Shown here: in pieces, positions 11,975 through 23,335 of the stretch
How positions within the stretch are numbered: the first letter of the stretch is position 1
Layout: each line of letters begins with the position of its first letter
DNA from: Scenedesmus sp. PABB004
Lineage: Eukaryota
Direction: 5' to 3'
Assembly (NCBI GenBank): GCA_014905635.1
Contig: JABVCE010000012.1
Span: 372,001 to 436,000, forward strand
Length of the DNA: 64,000 bases
Notes under the pieces: generated by a model
Database searches by the model: none
Told to the model about the DNA's origin: nothing
The model's input: only the letters and a program-made list of their open reading frames with translations
Translations under genes and position numbers: made by a program

Positions 11975-13125
11975 ATGCAGGCCCGCCTGGCGGATGGCGC
12001 GAGCAGCCGCGGCAGCAGCTGCGCCGCCGGCGCGGCGCCGGCGCGGCCGCAGCAGCAGCAGCTCCCGCGCGCGGCGCCGTGGCGGCGGCGCGCCGTGCAG
12101 GCGATCCACGCCCTCCACATAGACCGCCGCCAGCACATGGAGCTCGCCTGGCAGCGCCAGCGCGAGCGCGAGGCGCGGCGCAGCGCGGCGCCGGTGCTGG
12201 GCCAGGTGGTCGAGGTGGAGGTGAGCAGCAGAGGCAGGGCCCCTGCCCGGGCGCGCGTGCCCGCGTGCCCGCGGCACGCCTGCGCCGCGACCCTCGCGCC
12301 GCGCCGCCGCCGCCGCCGTCGCCGCGCAGGACCTGGAGCACCTGGAGGCCCTGCTCGAGCGGTCGGGCAGCAGCCTCGTCGTCGTCGCCTTCTATACGCG
12401 CTCCTGCGGGGCCTGCAAGGCGCTGCTCGCGGAGTTTGCGGCGCTCGCGGAGGAGGCCAAGGCTGCGCAGGCGAGCGCGCGGCGGCCCACCCGCCGCTGC
12501 CCCTCTGCCCCCCTGTCCCGCGCTCTGCGGCGCCGGCTCAGCCCGCACGCCGCGCCGCGCCGCGCCGCGCGCGCACGCCGCCGCCCCCAGGTGCGCGCCG
12601 TGTTTGCGCGGCACAACCTGCTGGACGAGTTTGATGGCTGGAGCGACGTGAGCGTGTGGTACCGCGCGCGCGTGGCGCCGACGATCCTCTTCTTTGACGG
12701 CGGCGCAGTGGTGCGCGGCGCGGCGGCCGGCGGCGGGCGGGCGGGCGCAGCGCGCGCGGCGGCGGCAGCAGGGGCACGCGGCACACGGCAAAAGGGGCGC
12801 CGAGCGCCGAGCGCCGACGCGCGGGGCGCCGCCCCGCCGCCGCGGCAGGTCAAGCGCGTCACGCTGCACGACGTGCGCCGCATGGGCGAGCGCGCGCCCA
12901 CGGTGCGCGGCGGCCGCGCGGCGCTGCGCGGCGCGGGGCGGCGCGCTGCCGGGCCGCCCGCGCGCGCGCGGCGCGGCCGACCGCGCCCCTGCCCGCCGCC
13001 CGCGCCGGCCGCCGCCGCCCCCGGCGCGCCGCCAGATCCGCGCGGCGATGCAGCAGGACCTGCAGACCATGCGGCGCGTGTTCAGGCAGATGGTGTTTGA
13101 AAAGGCGCCCGGCGCGCGCACCTGA
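11975..13125 (+). CDS. Atypical thioredoxin-fold protein (CGAC motif), probably plastid-targeted
   Basis: Ala/Arg/Ser-rich N-terminus; exons LVVVAFYTRSCGACKAL and VAPTILFFDGG; ends VFEKAPGART*. Confidence 0.75.
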
Positions 13126-13442
13126 GCCGGCAGCGCGCGCGCGGCGCGGGGCGCGGGGCGCGCGCCGGCCCTTTGCTGGCGGCCCCCGCGCGGCGCCGCC
13201 GCGGCGGGGCGCGGGGCGGGGCGAGGCGGGGCGGGGCGGGCGGCCGCTGCAGCAGCGGGCCCGCCGCACGTGTACAACAGGCGACGAACGGGGCTGCGGG
13301 GGCGAATCAAGGCCGCAGCCGCCGGCGCCGCGGCGCACGTGTAGACTATCAGGCGCTGCCCCGCCGCCGCCGCGCCCCGACGGCGTGGCCAGGGCGGCGG
13401 GGCGCGGCGCGGCGCGGCGGGGCATCTCTTGGTGTGCGGGTC

Positions 13443-15201
13443 GGCGCGCGCTGGCAACCGGCCGACTGCAGTGCGCACCCTGGCGGGCCGCGCGCGCGCA
13501 TGCTCCCGCGCCGTCGCCGGGCGCTGGTGGCAGCACGCCTGGGCGGGCCTCGCGCACACGCTTCCACACTGCGGCGGCGGCGGCGGCGGCGGTGGCGGCA
13601 CGTCGCCGCGCCGTCCCGGCAGCCGCGGCGCGGGGGCGGCGGTGCAGGGCCCGGGGCGCAGGCGCCGCCCGGGCCGGCTGCCCGCGCCGCCGCCGAGGAG
13701 GCCCCCCGCGCGCGCCGCCCCGCTGCCCACAGCCGCCGCCCGCAGCGCCCCCTTGCCGCACGCACACGCACGAGCGCGGCCCTCACAGCGCCCGCACGCG
13801 CCGCGCCGCCGCCGCCCAGCGCCCGCCCCCCCCCCGCCCGCGGCGCGCCCCTGGCCAGGCGGGGCGCGGACCTGCGGGCGCCTAGTGACTAGGCCGTGCC
13901 GTCCAGCGCAGCGCCAGGCGAGCCGCGCGCGCGGGCAGGCGGGGAGGGCAGCGGCGGGGGCGGGCCGCGCTGCGTCCGCTGCGGGCGGCAGGGGCACCGG
14001 TGGTGCGCGGCGGGCGGGCGTGTGGCGTGTAACGCCGGACCTGCGCGCCCCTGGCGCCGCTGGCAGGCCCGCCGCCGCGCCGCCGCGCCGTGGGGCGGGG
14101 GCGGGCGCCGCGCGCTGCTGCTGCCGCGCCCACGCCGCCCGCGCGCTCGCCCGCTGCTGCCGGCGCCCCGCCCGCTGCTCCCTGGTGGCCCGCAGGCTGT
14201 CAGGTGGCACCATGTCTGCTGCGCCGGCGGGCAAGCGGCGCGCCGGGCCGACCACGCGCGCGCGGGCGGCGGCCGCAGCGGCGGCGGGCGAGGCGCCGGC
14301 TGGGGCGGAGGCGGCGCCGAGGTGGGTCCGCTGCCGTTGCAGCTGGTGACCCCTGGCTGGTGCTGCCTGACGCGGGCACACGCCGCCCACAAGCCACCGC
14401 CGCCGGCAGCAGGCGCCGCCTGACCGCGCTCGCCTGCCCGCCCCGCCCGCCGCGCTCCGCCGCGCCAGTAGCGTCTGGCGGGACCTGCCCGAGCCCCTCG
14501 TGCTCCACGTCCTGAGCCTCCGGCTGCCGGCCCTGCAGGCGTGGGCCGCCAGGCTGGTCTGCAAGGCGGCGCGCGAGCGCTTCCGTGGCGCCACGGTCGT
14601 CTCGCTGTGCTGCCCCGAGCTGCCGCTGGCGGCGGTGCAGGAGGCCTGGCGGGCGGTGCAGGGTGATGGGGAGCGGCAGCAGCGACTGGCCAGCACGCGC
14701 GCTGCGTGCGGCGACGTGGCAGGGCTGGCCTGGCTGCGCGGCGCCGGCTGCGACATGGTAGTCCACGGCAGGTTCGATGTGGACAGCGTGTGCTGGACAG
14801 CAGCAAAGCGTGGGAAGGTCGCCGTGCTGGAGTGGGCGCGGGGCCAGGGGCTGGACCTGTGGAACGCTTGTTGCGGAGCTGCCGCGGGCGGGCAGCTGGC
14901 GGCACTGCGCTGGGCGCGCGCGCAGGCGCCGCCGCTGCCGTGGGGTGACTTTGCGTACATGGTGTGCTGGCACGCTGCGCGGCGCGGCGACGTGGAGATG
15001 CTGCGCTGGGCGCGCGCCCAGGCCGAGCCCGCACCGTGGAACGAGGAGGTGTGCCGCATCGCTGCTCATTTTGGGCAGTTGGAGGCGCTGCGCTGGCTGC
15101 GCGCCAACGGCTGCCCCTGGCGGCGCAGCGACTGCGAGCGCGTGGCGGCAGACAAAGGGCACGACGACGTGGTTGCTTGGGTTCGGGCGCAGCCCGAGTG
15201 A
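13443..15201 (+). repeat. F-box/ankyrin cassette copy C
   Basis: Starts at gcgcgcgctggcaaccggccga. The leader has acceptor-like CCCCTGGCCAG (~13858) and GGCCCGCAG (14196) before the ATG at 14212. Confidence 0.88.
14212..15201 (+). CDS. F-box + ankyrin-like repeat protein, copy C (intact)
   Basis: Exon 1 14212-14321 ([18 protein letters not shown]..), intron 14322-14468 (GTGGGT..CTGAC..CAG), exon 2 14469-15201 in frame: [16 protein letters not shown]...WVRAQPE*. Confidence 0.87.
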
Positions 15202-15454
15202 GCCTGCGCGAGCCACTGCTGCCGGTGCCAGCGCGCGGGGCGTGCCTGACGTCGGGCAACCAAGTTGGACCGCCGCCACCGAACCCCTCCGCCGCGGCGC
15301 CGCCAGTTGCGCCCAGCAGCCGTGCGTGGGGGCCGCTCGCGCGGCGCCGGATGCGAGCTCTGCAGCGGCGTTGGGCCGGCGGCGCGCCGGTGCCAGCGCC
15401 AACCGCCCCGCGATGGCCGCCGGACAACCCGATGGCGCCTGAGCGCGCCGCCGC

Positions 15455-16103
15455 ATGAGTGAGTGCAGAGCTGGCACTCAGCGAGACGCGCGCCGGGGCA
15501 GGCCGCCGCGGCACCGCAACCGCCGCGCCGCCGAAACAGCCGCTGCCGCCGCTGCCGCCGCAGGAGTTGGTGCCCCTGCGAGGGCTGCCCTGCTGCTGCT
15601 CCTGCTCCTTCCAGGCCTCGGTGCGTGCCGCGGCGAGAGCAGCAGCGCACGCGCTCCGCCGCCCGACGCGCGCCGGGCCCGGCGTGCCGCGCCCGCAGGC
15701 GCGCGCCGCGTGCGCGGCGGCCGGCGCCTGACGCAGGAGTCGTTCAGCACGGTGCGCGGGCACCAGCCGAGCGGGCTGTACGCGGTCACGAACCAGGGCG
15801 CCGAGGGGGCGTCGGCCGCCAACACGCGCGGCGTGCGCTACAACGCGGGTGCGGCGGCGGCCGGCGGCACTGGCGACCTGCCGTTGCGCCGCGTTGACCG
15901 CGCTGGCCGCCCCGCCCGCGCGGCAGGCAAGATTATCGTCGCTGACGAGGAGGTCTACCCCACCAGCCGCGCCGCGGCCAGCACGGGCGGCTCGGCCGAC
16001 GCGCCCGGCGCGCTCGTGCGCTCGGGTGCGCGGCGCCGCGCGGGCGCGGGCACGCGGGCGCGGGCGCGGTCCGCCGCGCTGCCCTCGGGCTCCCCTACAC
16101 ACG

Positions 16104-16173
<70 letters not shown>

Positions 16174-16590
16174 GCGCAGGCAACTACCCGAGCGACGCCA
16201 ACAGCAACCTGGGGATCGAGGCCATCGCCGCGACCTACATGGGCGCACGCGCGGTCGCGGGCACGAGCGTGATGCACACCGCCGACGACGGCGCGACCGT
16301 CAGCGCGAGCCTGCGCCTCTTCACGCCCGCCACGCCGCACCACGTCGACAGCACCGCGTTCACCGACAACACGCCCAACTCGGCGGCGGTGTCGGGCTAC
16401 GGCAACGGCCCCGCCACGATCGCCTGGGGCAACGACGTCGCGACGATGGCGCGCTCGTGGCGCGACCGCGTGCCGGCAAACTTCAAGTCCAAGTTTGACG
16501 AGTTCGGCGACCCGGTGCCGACGGGGCCCCTCGCGGCGGCCGCCGCCGCCGCCGCCGCGGGCGCGCGCGGCGCGCCGGCGGGCGGCGGTG
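15455..16590 (+). CDS. Hypothetical, probably secreted, multi-exon protein (3' end uncertain)
   Basis: Hydrophobic [12 protein letters not shown], phase-compatible intron 15621-15698, then GGRRLTQESFST..., GKIIVADEEVYP.., GNYPSDANSNLGIE...FKSKFDEFGDPVP. Confidence 0.55.
16105..16171. repeat. (CA)n microsatellite, intronic
   Basis: About 33 CA units just before an acceptor CGCAG. Confidence 0.97.
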
Positions 16591-16652
16591 AGCGTCGCCG
16601 GGCGGGCGGCGGGCGCGGCACGCGCGTTTTTTGGGGGCGGCACTGCGCACGC

Positions 16653-16724
16653 GGCCGGCGCCTGAACACGTGGCACGGCCGGCGCCTGGACACGTGGCGC
16701 GGCCGGCGCCTGGACACGTGGCGC
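16653..16724. repeat. 24-bp tandem repeat x3, each containing ACACGTGGC
   Basis: GGCCGGCGCCTGRACACGTGGCRC x3; a 16-bp GAGCAGCATGCACTGT repeat follows at about 16790-16830. Confidence 0.9.
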
Positions 16725-17120
16725 CTGCTCGAGGGTGGAACGCTAACTGGGGGGCGCTGCAGGCAGTGCATGCGGGCCGCACTGCACACTGAGCAGCATG
16801 CACTGTGAGCAGCATGCACTGTGAGCAGCTGAGGCACCGGCCCCCGCTGCGGGTGCGCGGCGGTTCGGTTGCCTGCGGCCGGGTCTGCGCTCGGGCGCGC
16901 GCCAGCGCAGGCGGTCGTGGCCAGTGCCAGCCCGTGGGCGCTGGCGTTGCGTTTCATTGATCGCTCTCGCATCTCTGACTGCTGCCTGGCGGCCGGAGGG
17001 CACGCGGCGCGGCTGGCCGCACATTCGCGGCTGCGGCGGCTCCGGTCGCGCGCGAGCTCGAGACTGGCCGGGGCATGCGCCGCAGCGGGAACTCAACGGG
17101 AACTCAACATCGGCGCGGGC

Positions 17121-18103
17121 TCACCAGGGCTGCGTCCGGATCCACGCGGCCACGGCCTCGCGGCCACGGTCAGCCGCCATGCGCTCACTGGGACCACGCC
17201 ACCACGGGCAGCCGTTGGCGCGCAGCCAGCGCAGCGCCTCCAGGTGCCCGTTCGCAGCCGCCGCCCAGCACGCCCCCCCCCCCCCCCGTCCCACGGCGCA
17301 GGCTCGGCCTGGGCGCGCGCCCAGCGCAGCATCTCCATGTCGCCGCGCTCCGCAGCGTACCTGCACACCCATCCCCCGTCCCACGGCACCGGCGGCGTCT
17401 GCGCGCGCCCCCAGCGCAGCGCCGCCAGCTGCCCGCCCCCGGCTGCTCCGGTGCACACGTCACACAGGTCGAGTCCCTGGCGGCGCGCCCACTCCAGCAC
17501 GGCGACCTGGCCATGCCTTGCTGCTGTCCAGCACACGCCACTGTGCATGTCCATGACGCAGCCGGCGCGGCGCAGCCAGGCCAGCCCCGCCACGTCGCCA
17601 CACGCCGCGCGCGCCTCCGTCAGCCGCCTCTGCTGCTCCCACCCGTCATCCTGCAACGCCCGCCACGCCTCCTGCACCGCCGCCAGCGGCAGCTCGGGGC
17701 AGTCCGCTGAGATGACCGTGGCGCCGCGGAAGCGCTTCCGCGCCACCTTGCAGACCAGCTTGGCGGCCCACGCCTGCAGGGACGGCGACAGGAAGCTCAG
17801 GACGTGGAGCACGAGCGGCTCGGGCAGGTCCCGCCAGACGCTACTGGCGCGGCGGAGCGCGGCGGGCGGGGCGGGCAGGCGAGCGCGGTCAGGCGGCGCC
17901 TGCTGCCGGCGGCGGTGGCTTGTGGGCGGCGTGTGCCCGCGTCAGGCAGCACCAGCCAGGGGTCACCAGCTGCAACGGCAGCGGACCCACCTCGGCGCCG
18001 CCTCCGCCCCAGCCGGCGCCTCGCCCGCCGCCGCTGCGGCTGCCGCCTGGCGCGCGCCCGTGGTCGGCCCGGCGCGCCGCTTGCCCGCCGGCGCAGCAGA
18101 CAT
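17121..18103 (-). pseudogene. F-box + ankyrin-like repeat protein, copy D; frameshifted at a G15 tract as assembled
   Basis: ATG 18103; exon 2 reads ...AEPAPWD, then C15 at 17273-17287 shifts the frame; ACWAAAANGHLEALRW...WIRTQPW* continues in another frame. Could be a sequencing error. Confidence 0.6.
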
Positions 18104-18850
18104 GGTTCCACCTGACAGCCTGCGGGCCACCAGGGAGCAGCAGGCGGGGCGCCGGCAGCAGCGTGCGAGCGCGCGCGGGCGGCGTGAGCGCGGCAGCAGC
18201 AGCGCGCGCGGCGCCCGTCCCCACCCCGTGGCGCGGCGGCGCGGCGGCGGGCCTGCCAGCGGCGCCAGGGGCGCGCAGGCCCGGCGTTACACGCCACACG
18301 CCCGCCCGCCGCGCACCACCGGTGCCCCTGCCGCCCACAGCGGACGCCGCGCAGCGCGGCCCGCCCGCCGCCGCTCCCCTTCCCGCCCGCCCGCGCGCCC
18401 GGCTCGCCTGGCGCTGCGCTGGGAGGCACGGCCCGGCCGTCAGGCGCCCGCAGGTCGGCGCCTCGCCTGGCCAGGGGCGCGCAGCGGGCGGGGCGGGCGC
18501 TGGGCGGCGGCGGCGCGGTGCGTCCGGGCGCTGCGGGCCGCGGCCGGCGCTCGTGTGCGTGCGTGGCAGGGGCGCTGAGGGTGGCGGCGGGGCGGCGCGC
18601 GGGGCGGCCTCCTCGGCGGCGGCGCGGGCAGCCAGCCGGGCGGCGCCTGCGCCCTGGGCCCTGCACCGCCGCCTGCGTGCCGCGGCTGCCGGGCGGGCGC
18701 GGCGCGGCGACGTGCTGCCGCCAGCGCCCGGCGCAGGACCGCGACCCGCTGAGATCCACTGCGTGCGCGGCCGGCCGGTTGCCGGCGCGCGCCGCCTCGC
18801 TCTCCGCCCGCCTCGCGCCCACCCTCCCGCCCGCGCCAACTCTCCCCCCA
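17121..18850 (-). repeat. F-box/ankyrin cassette copy D
   Basis: Intron and flanks are essentially identical (reverse complement) to copy C. Leader reaches ccggttgccggcgcgcgccgcctcgc (~18800) and gccaactc (~18840). Confidence 0.88.
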
Positions 18851-18853
18851 AAC

Positions 18854-21800
18854 TCAGTGCCGGCGGTGCTGCTGCCCTGTCGCGAACAGCACGGTGCCCT
18901 TGCGGCCCTTCTTGGCACTGCCACCCGCCGCGCCGCCCTCGCCGCGCTCGCCGCCGCCGCCAGGCCCGTCTTTGCCCAGCACCAGCCAGGTGCCGCCGCC
19001 GCTGCTCGCCGCAGCGCCCGCGCCCGCGGCGGCCGCCGGCGCGCCGCTCGTGCTGGCCTCGCCCGCCCCCTGCGGCGGCGCGGCCGCCGCGGCGCCCCAC
19101 GCGCCGCGCCCTGGCGGCGCGGCGGGCGCGCCGCCGGCGCCCGCGCCGCCCGACAGGCGCGCCGCGGCCGACGAGCCGCCGCCGCCCGCGCCCCATGCAC
19201 CCCTGAGCGCGGCGGGCGCGCCCGCGGGCGCGGGCGCGTCGCCCGGTGCCGGCGCCGCGTCGGCCGCGGCGCCGCCGCCGCCCGCACAGCCGCCGCCGCC
19301 GAGCGCGGGGCCGGTCGCGGCAAAGCCGAGCTGCGCGATGCGGGCAAAACTCACGCCGCCCGGCGGCGACGCGCCGAGCGCGGCGCCCGCGCTGTCCAGC
19401 GCCGCCTGCGCCGCGACCGCCTCGTCGAGCTGCTCAGGGGTGAGCGGGAGCCCGGCCGCCGCCAGCTCGGCGTCCGGCGCCCCCCGCCGGCGCCGCCGCC
19501 GGGCTCCGCGGAGCCCAGGCGCGGCATCGCGCGCAGCTCGGCGGCGGACGGGCCCTGGCGCGCGCGCTCCGCGGCGGCCGCGGCCGCCGCCTCGCGCCGG
19601 CTCTCGCGCCGCGCCGCGTCGGCGCGCCGCCGGCGGCGCCGCTCGCGCGCCGCCAGCTCCTCCTCGAACGGCGCGAGCTCCGCCGCGCTGAGCGCGGGGC
19701 TCGTGAGCGCGACCTCGCCGAGCGCAAACGCGCCGTGCAGCGGGAGGTGGCCCAGGAACTTCCAGCGCCGACGGCTCGCCTCGTCCTGCGTGACCGGCTC
19801 GAGCTCAAGCAGCCGCCCCGTGACGGTCGGCGGGCAGGCGTCGTAGCCGCCGCGCGCGTGCAGCAGGCAGCGCAGGTTGAGGGGGTGCAGGAAGAGCCAG
19901 CGCCCGTCGGCCGCCTGGTAGCTGTAGTAGTCAGCCGCCTGCCACTGGCTCGCGCTGTTCATTTGGGCAGTGCACGGCGAGCTGCCCAGCAGCGCGGCGG
20001 AGCCGCCAGAGGCGCCGGCGCCGGCGCCGGCACCCGCCGCGGCGGCGCGGCGCGCCTGCGCGGCCGCGGCCGACGCGGACGACGGGGCGGGCGCGGCCGG
20101 CGACGCGCCGCCCGCGGCGGGCGCGCCGGGCTCGCCGTCGCTCGCGCCCGCGGCGGCGTCGTCGGCGGCGTCGAGGTCGGGGACGCCGCCGTCGTCATCC
20201 TCAGGGTCCTCTGAGAACGCCAGGTCAAAGGCCAGCTCCGCGCCAGAGGCCTCCGGCTCGGGCGCGGCCGCCGCGGCGGGGCCGGCCGCGCGCGCCGCCG
20301 GCGCAGGCGACGCCGGCGCCGGCGCCCGCGCCGGCGCCGGCGGCGGCGGCGGGGAGAGCGCGGGGAACGCCTCGCGCGCGGCCGCCGCCTGCGCCGCCGC
20401 GGCGAGCGCGGCGGCGCCGCCGTCCATGGCGAGCGTGAAGGCGTCCCGCACCAGCTGCTCCGCCTCCTTGCCGGCCGCGGCCGCGTCGCCCGGCAGCCAC
20501 GCCGGCCAGCCGCCCGGCGGCGGCGCCGGCGGCGGCAGGCCCGTCGGCCCCTGCGGCGCCTCGCGCCCGGGCGGCGCGAGGCCGCGCTGCTGCAGCTGCG
20601 CGACGGTGGCCTCCGCGAAGCGCCGCGCGCGGTGCGCGAGCGCGTCGGCGGCGGCGAAGAGCCCGGCCCCTCGTAGCTCGCCTCGGCCCCGCCCTCGGCG
20701 AGCACGGCGGCGAGCGCGCGGCCCAGCTCCTGCGCCGCCGCGCGCCAGAGGCCGCGCGGGTCGCTGAGCGTCGCAAACTTTGCAAAGATGTTGTCGCTCA
20801 GCGGCGTGCGCGCGGTCGACGCGCCGGGCGGCGGGCCCGCGTCCGCCGCGCCGCCGCCGCGGTCCGCGCCGGGGGCGGGCGGCGCGCCCGCGCCGCCGCC
20901 CGCCCACTTGCTCGGCGGCGACCCGCCCGCCGGGGCCGGCCCCCCGGGCCGGGGCCGGGGCTGGCGCCGGCGCACGGCGCGCCCGCCGCCGCGGCGGCGT
21001 CGCCGCCGCCGCTGGCGAGCACGGGCACGGGAATCGTGCTCTCCCGGGGCCGGCGCAGCAGCTGAAACGTCACCTCGTCGCCGACCTTGGGCGGCGCGAC
21101 CTGCCGCACCTGCGCGCGCGCACGGCGCCGGCTGCATGAGCAGGCGGGCGCGCGCGGGCCGGGCCGCTCCGCGCGACGTGGACCGTGCCACGGACCGCGC
21201 ACCTGCACGAGGCGCAGCTCGCGCGCGACGACGGGCTGGTAGCACAGCGGGCAGGGCGCGGCGCGGCCGCCGGCGGTGAGCAGGTGCTGCATGATGGCGC
21301 CAAAGGCAAACACGTGCCCGCACGGCGTGATCTGGGGGCACGCGGGCGGCGCGTCGAGGCTGATGGGGCAGGCGAGCGGCGCCGGCGTCATCATGTCAAC
21401 CAGGATGACGTCGTCCCAGTCAAACGCGCGGTCGGCGTCGCCCTCGTGGCCGCGCGTGTCGGCGCAGCCTGCCGCGCGCGCGGCGCGGCGGCGCGGCGCG
21501 GGCGCGCGCGTCGGCCGGCCGCGGGCGCGGGCGCGGCGCACACAGCCCGCGCAGCTGCCGGCGGCGCCCGTGCGCGGCGCACCCGAGACCAGGAATCGGA
21601 AGTTGGCCTGCCCGGCAGCGGCGTGAGCGGGCAGGCGGCGAGCGCGGCGCGGCGGCGCGGCGGTGAGCGGGCGCTGGCGCGGGGGCAGGCGTCGGCGGCG
21701 AGCGCGGGCCGGGCGGCGCCCGGGCTGCAGCGCGCTCCGCGCCGACGTCGGCGGCGCCACCTGCAGGAACTTCTGCTTGTCGTAGCGCTGCGGCCGCGGC

Positions 21801-22804
21801 GCGGGGAAGCGGCGCCGCGCCGGCGCGCCGCCGCCGCCGCCGCTGCCGGGCGCGCCGCCGCGGCCGCCCTGCGCGCGCCGGCGGCGGGGCGGGTCGCGGC
21901 GTCGGCGTTGCGCCTGCGCACCGCGCGCGGGCGCGGCGCCGGGCGGGCGGGCTCCGCCGCTGCGACCGGGGGCCCTCCCCTGCCCCTCTCAGCGCACCCG
22001 GCCGCCTTCATACTGGAAGTTGAGAAGGTGGTTGGCCACGATGGTGCGCCCCCTGCCCCCCGCCTGCTCCGCCGCGCCGGCGCCGCGGCCCGGCCCCTGG
22101 CTCAGCTGGCCGCCGGCCGCCGCCGCGCCGCCGCTCGGCACCGCGCCGTGCTGCGGCTGCTGCGGCTGCTGCGGGGCGCCGCGCGCCGCCGCGCCGCCGG
22201 CCCTGCCGCCAGGCGCGGGCGCGCCGCCGCGGCCGCCGCGGTGCGGCGCCTGCTGCTGGCGCGGCACCCACTGCTGGCGCTGCTGCTGGTGGGGCTGCGG
22301 CCCTCCCCCGCGCACGTGGTGCTCCCTGCGCGCACGGCGGCGGCGCGCGCCACGTGATCTAGCGGCGGCGCGCGGGCGTGCGCAGCGAGCGCAGCGGCGC
22401 CGCAGTGCCGCACCTGCCGCGGCCGCCATCGTGCAGCGCCCTGGAGAGCCCGCCCCTGCCGCCGTCGCGGCCCCTGCCCCTGCTGCTGCCCGGCTGGTGC
22501 GGCCCGCGGCCTCGGCCGGGCGCCTGCTGCTGATGCTGGGGCTGCTGCTGCGGCGCCTGCGGCACTGTTACAGAGCCTGCGGGCGCGCAGCCGGCGGGAT
22601 TGAGGGGTGAGGGCGGTGGGGCCGGGCGCACAGCCAGGATCCGCGGCGGCGCGCGCCGGCGCGCGGCGCTGTCGCCGCCGCACCGCCCGGGCGGAACGCG
22701 GCGGCCTCGGCGCGCAGGCCGGCGCCATGCTGCTCCTGCTTGACGGTCGCTCCCTCCGCTGCTGGTGGCGCGTCTGTGCGAGCTGGTGTGGGCGATGCGG
22801 ACAT
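18854..22804 (-). CDS. RNF10: RNF10/Mag2-like RING E3 ubiquitin ligase, multi-exon
   Basis: ANHLLNFQY, YDKQKFLQ|ANFRFLVS, DWDDV, CPISLD..CPQITPCGHVF..CPLC, YYSYQAADGRWLFLHPLNLRCL, RRWKFLGHLPL, SFARIAQLGFA. Apparent 1-nt shifts near 20665 and 19480. Start codon inferred. Confidence 0.88.
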
Positions 22805-23335
22805 CAACTGGTGGGGGGCAGGCGATTGTGTTGCCGCTGCTGCTGCTGCTGCTGGCACGGTCGAGGACGGGCTGGCTGGGCGGGCGCGCCGGGGAGCTGG
22901 GATGGCGGGGCGATCGGGGGCGCACGGCAGATCGAGCGCGGGGAGGCAAGGAGAGCAAGAGACGACGATTGGCCGCTCCCGCGTGTTTGGCATCCCGCGT
23001 TCGTGCCCCGCACGCCCACGAGCGAGCCGCACAACTGTCTCTCATTCGCAGGTCTCAGCCACGGCGCTGCGGCTCTCGCGAAGCAGCAAAAAAACGTCTG
23101 TCGAGCCCGCTGCAACAGCAGCTCGCGCCCCGCGCCCGGGGCTCGCCCAGGCCCGTCCCCTCTGCTGCACCTGACCAAGCACCCGCTGCGTCGCCGCGCC
23201 GCGCGCGGGCGCTGGCTGGCGGCGGCGCCGCGCTGACCGCCGCTGCTGCGCGGCGCGCGCGGCGGGCGCGGCCTGCCGGCGCGCCGGCGGGCGCTCCCAG
23301 GCAGCGCCCCGCGCGGGCGGCGCGGGGCGACCGGC

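Noticed and set aside
11520..15059. Very long Ala/Arg/Pro/Gly-rich ORFs (e.g. the 1179-aa ORF here and many others in the track)
   Set aside because: Shadow ORFs caused by extreme GC content. They overlap recognisable spliced genes on other frames or strands and have no motifs.
16653..16830. Short direct repeats as a CRISPR array
   Set aside because: The repeats are contiguous with no unique spacers, there are no cas genes, and the context is eukaryotic.
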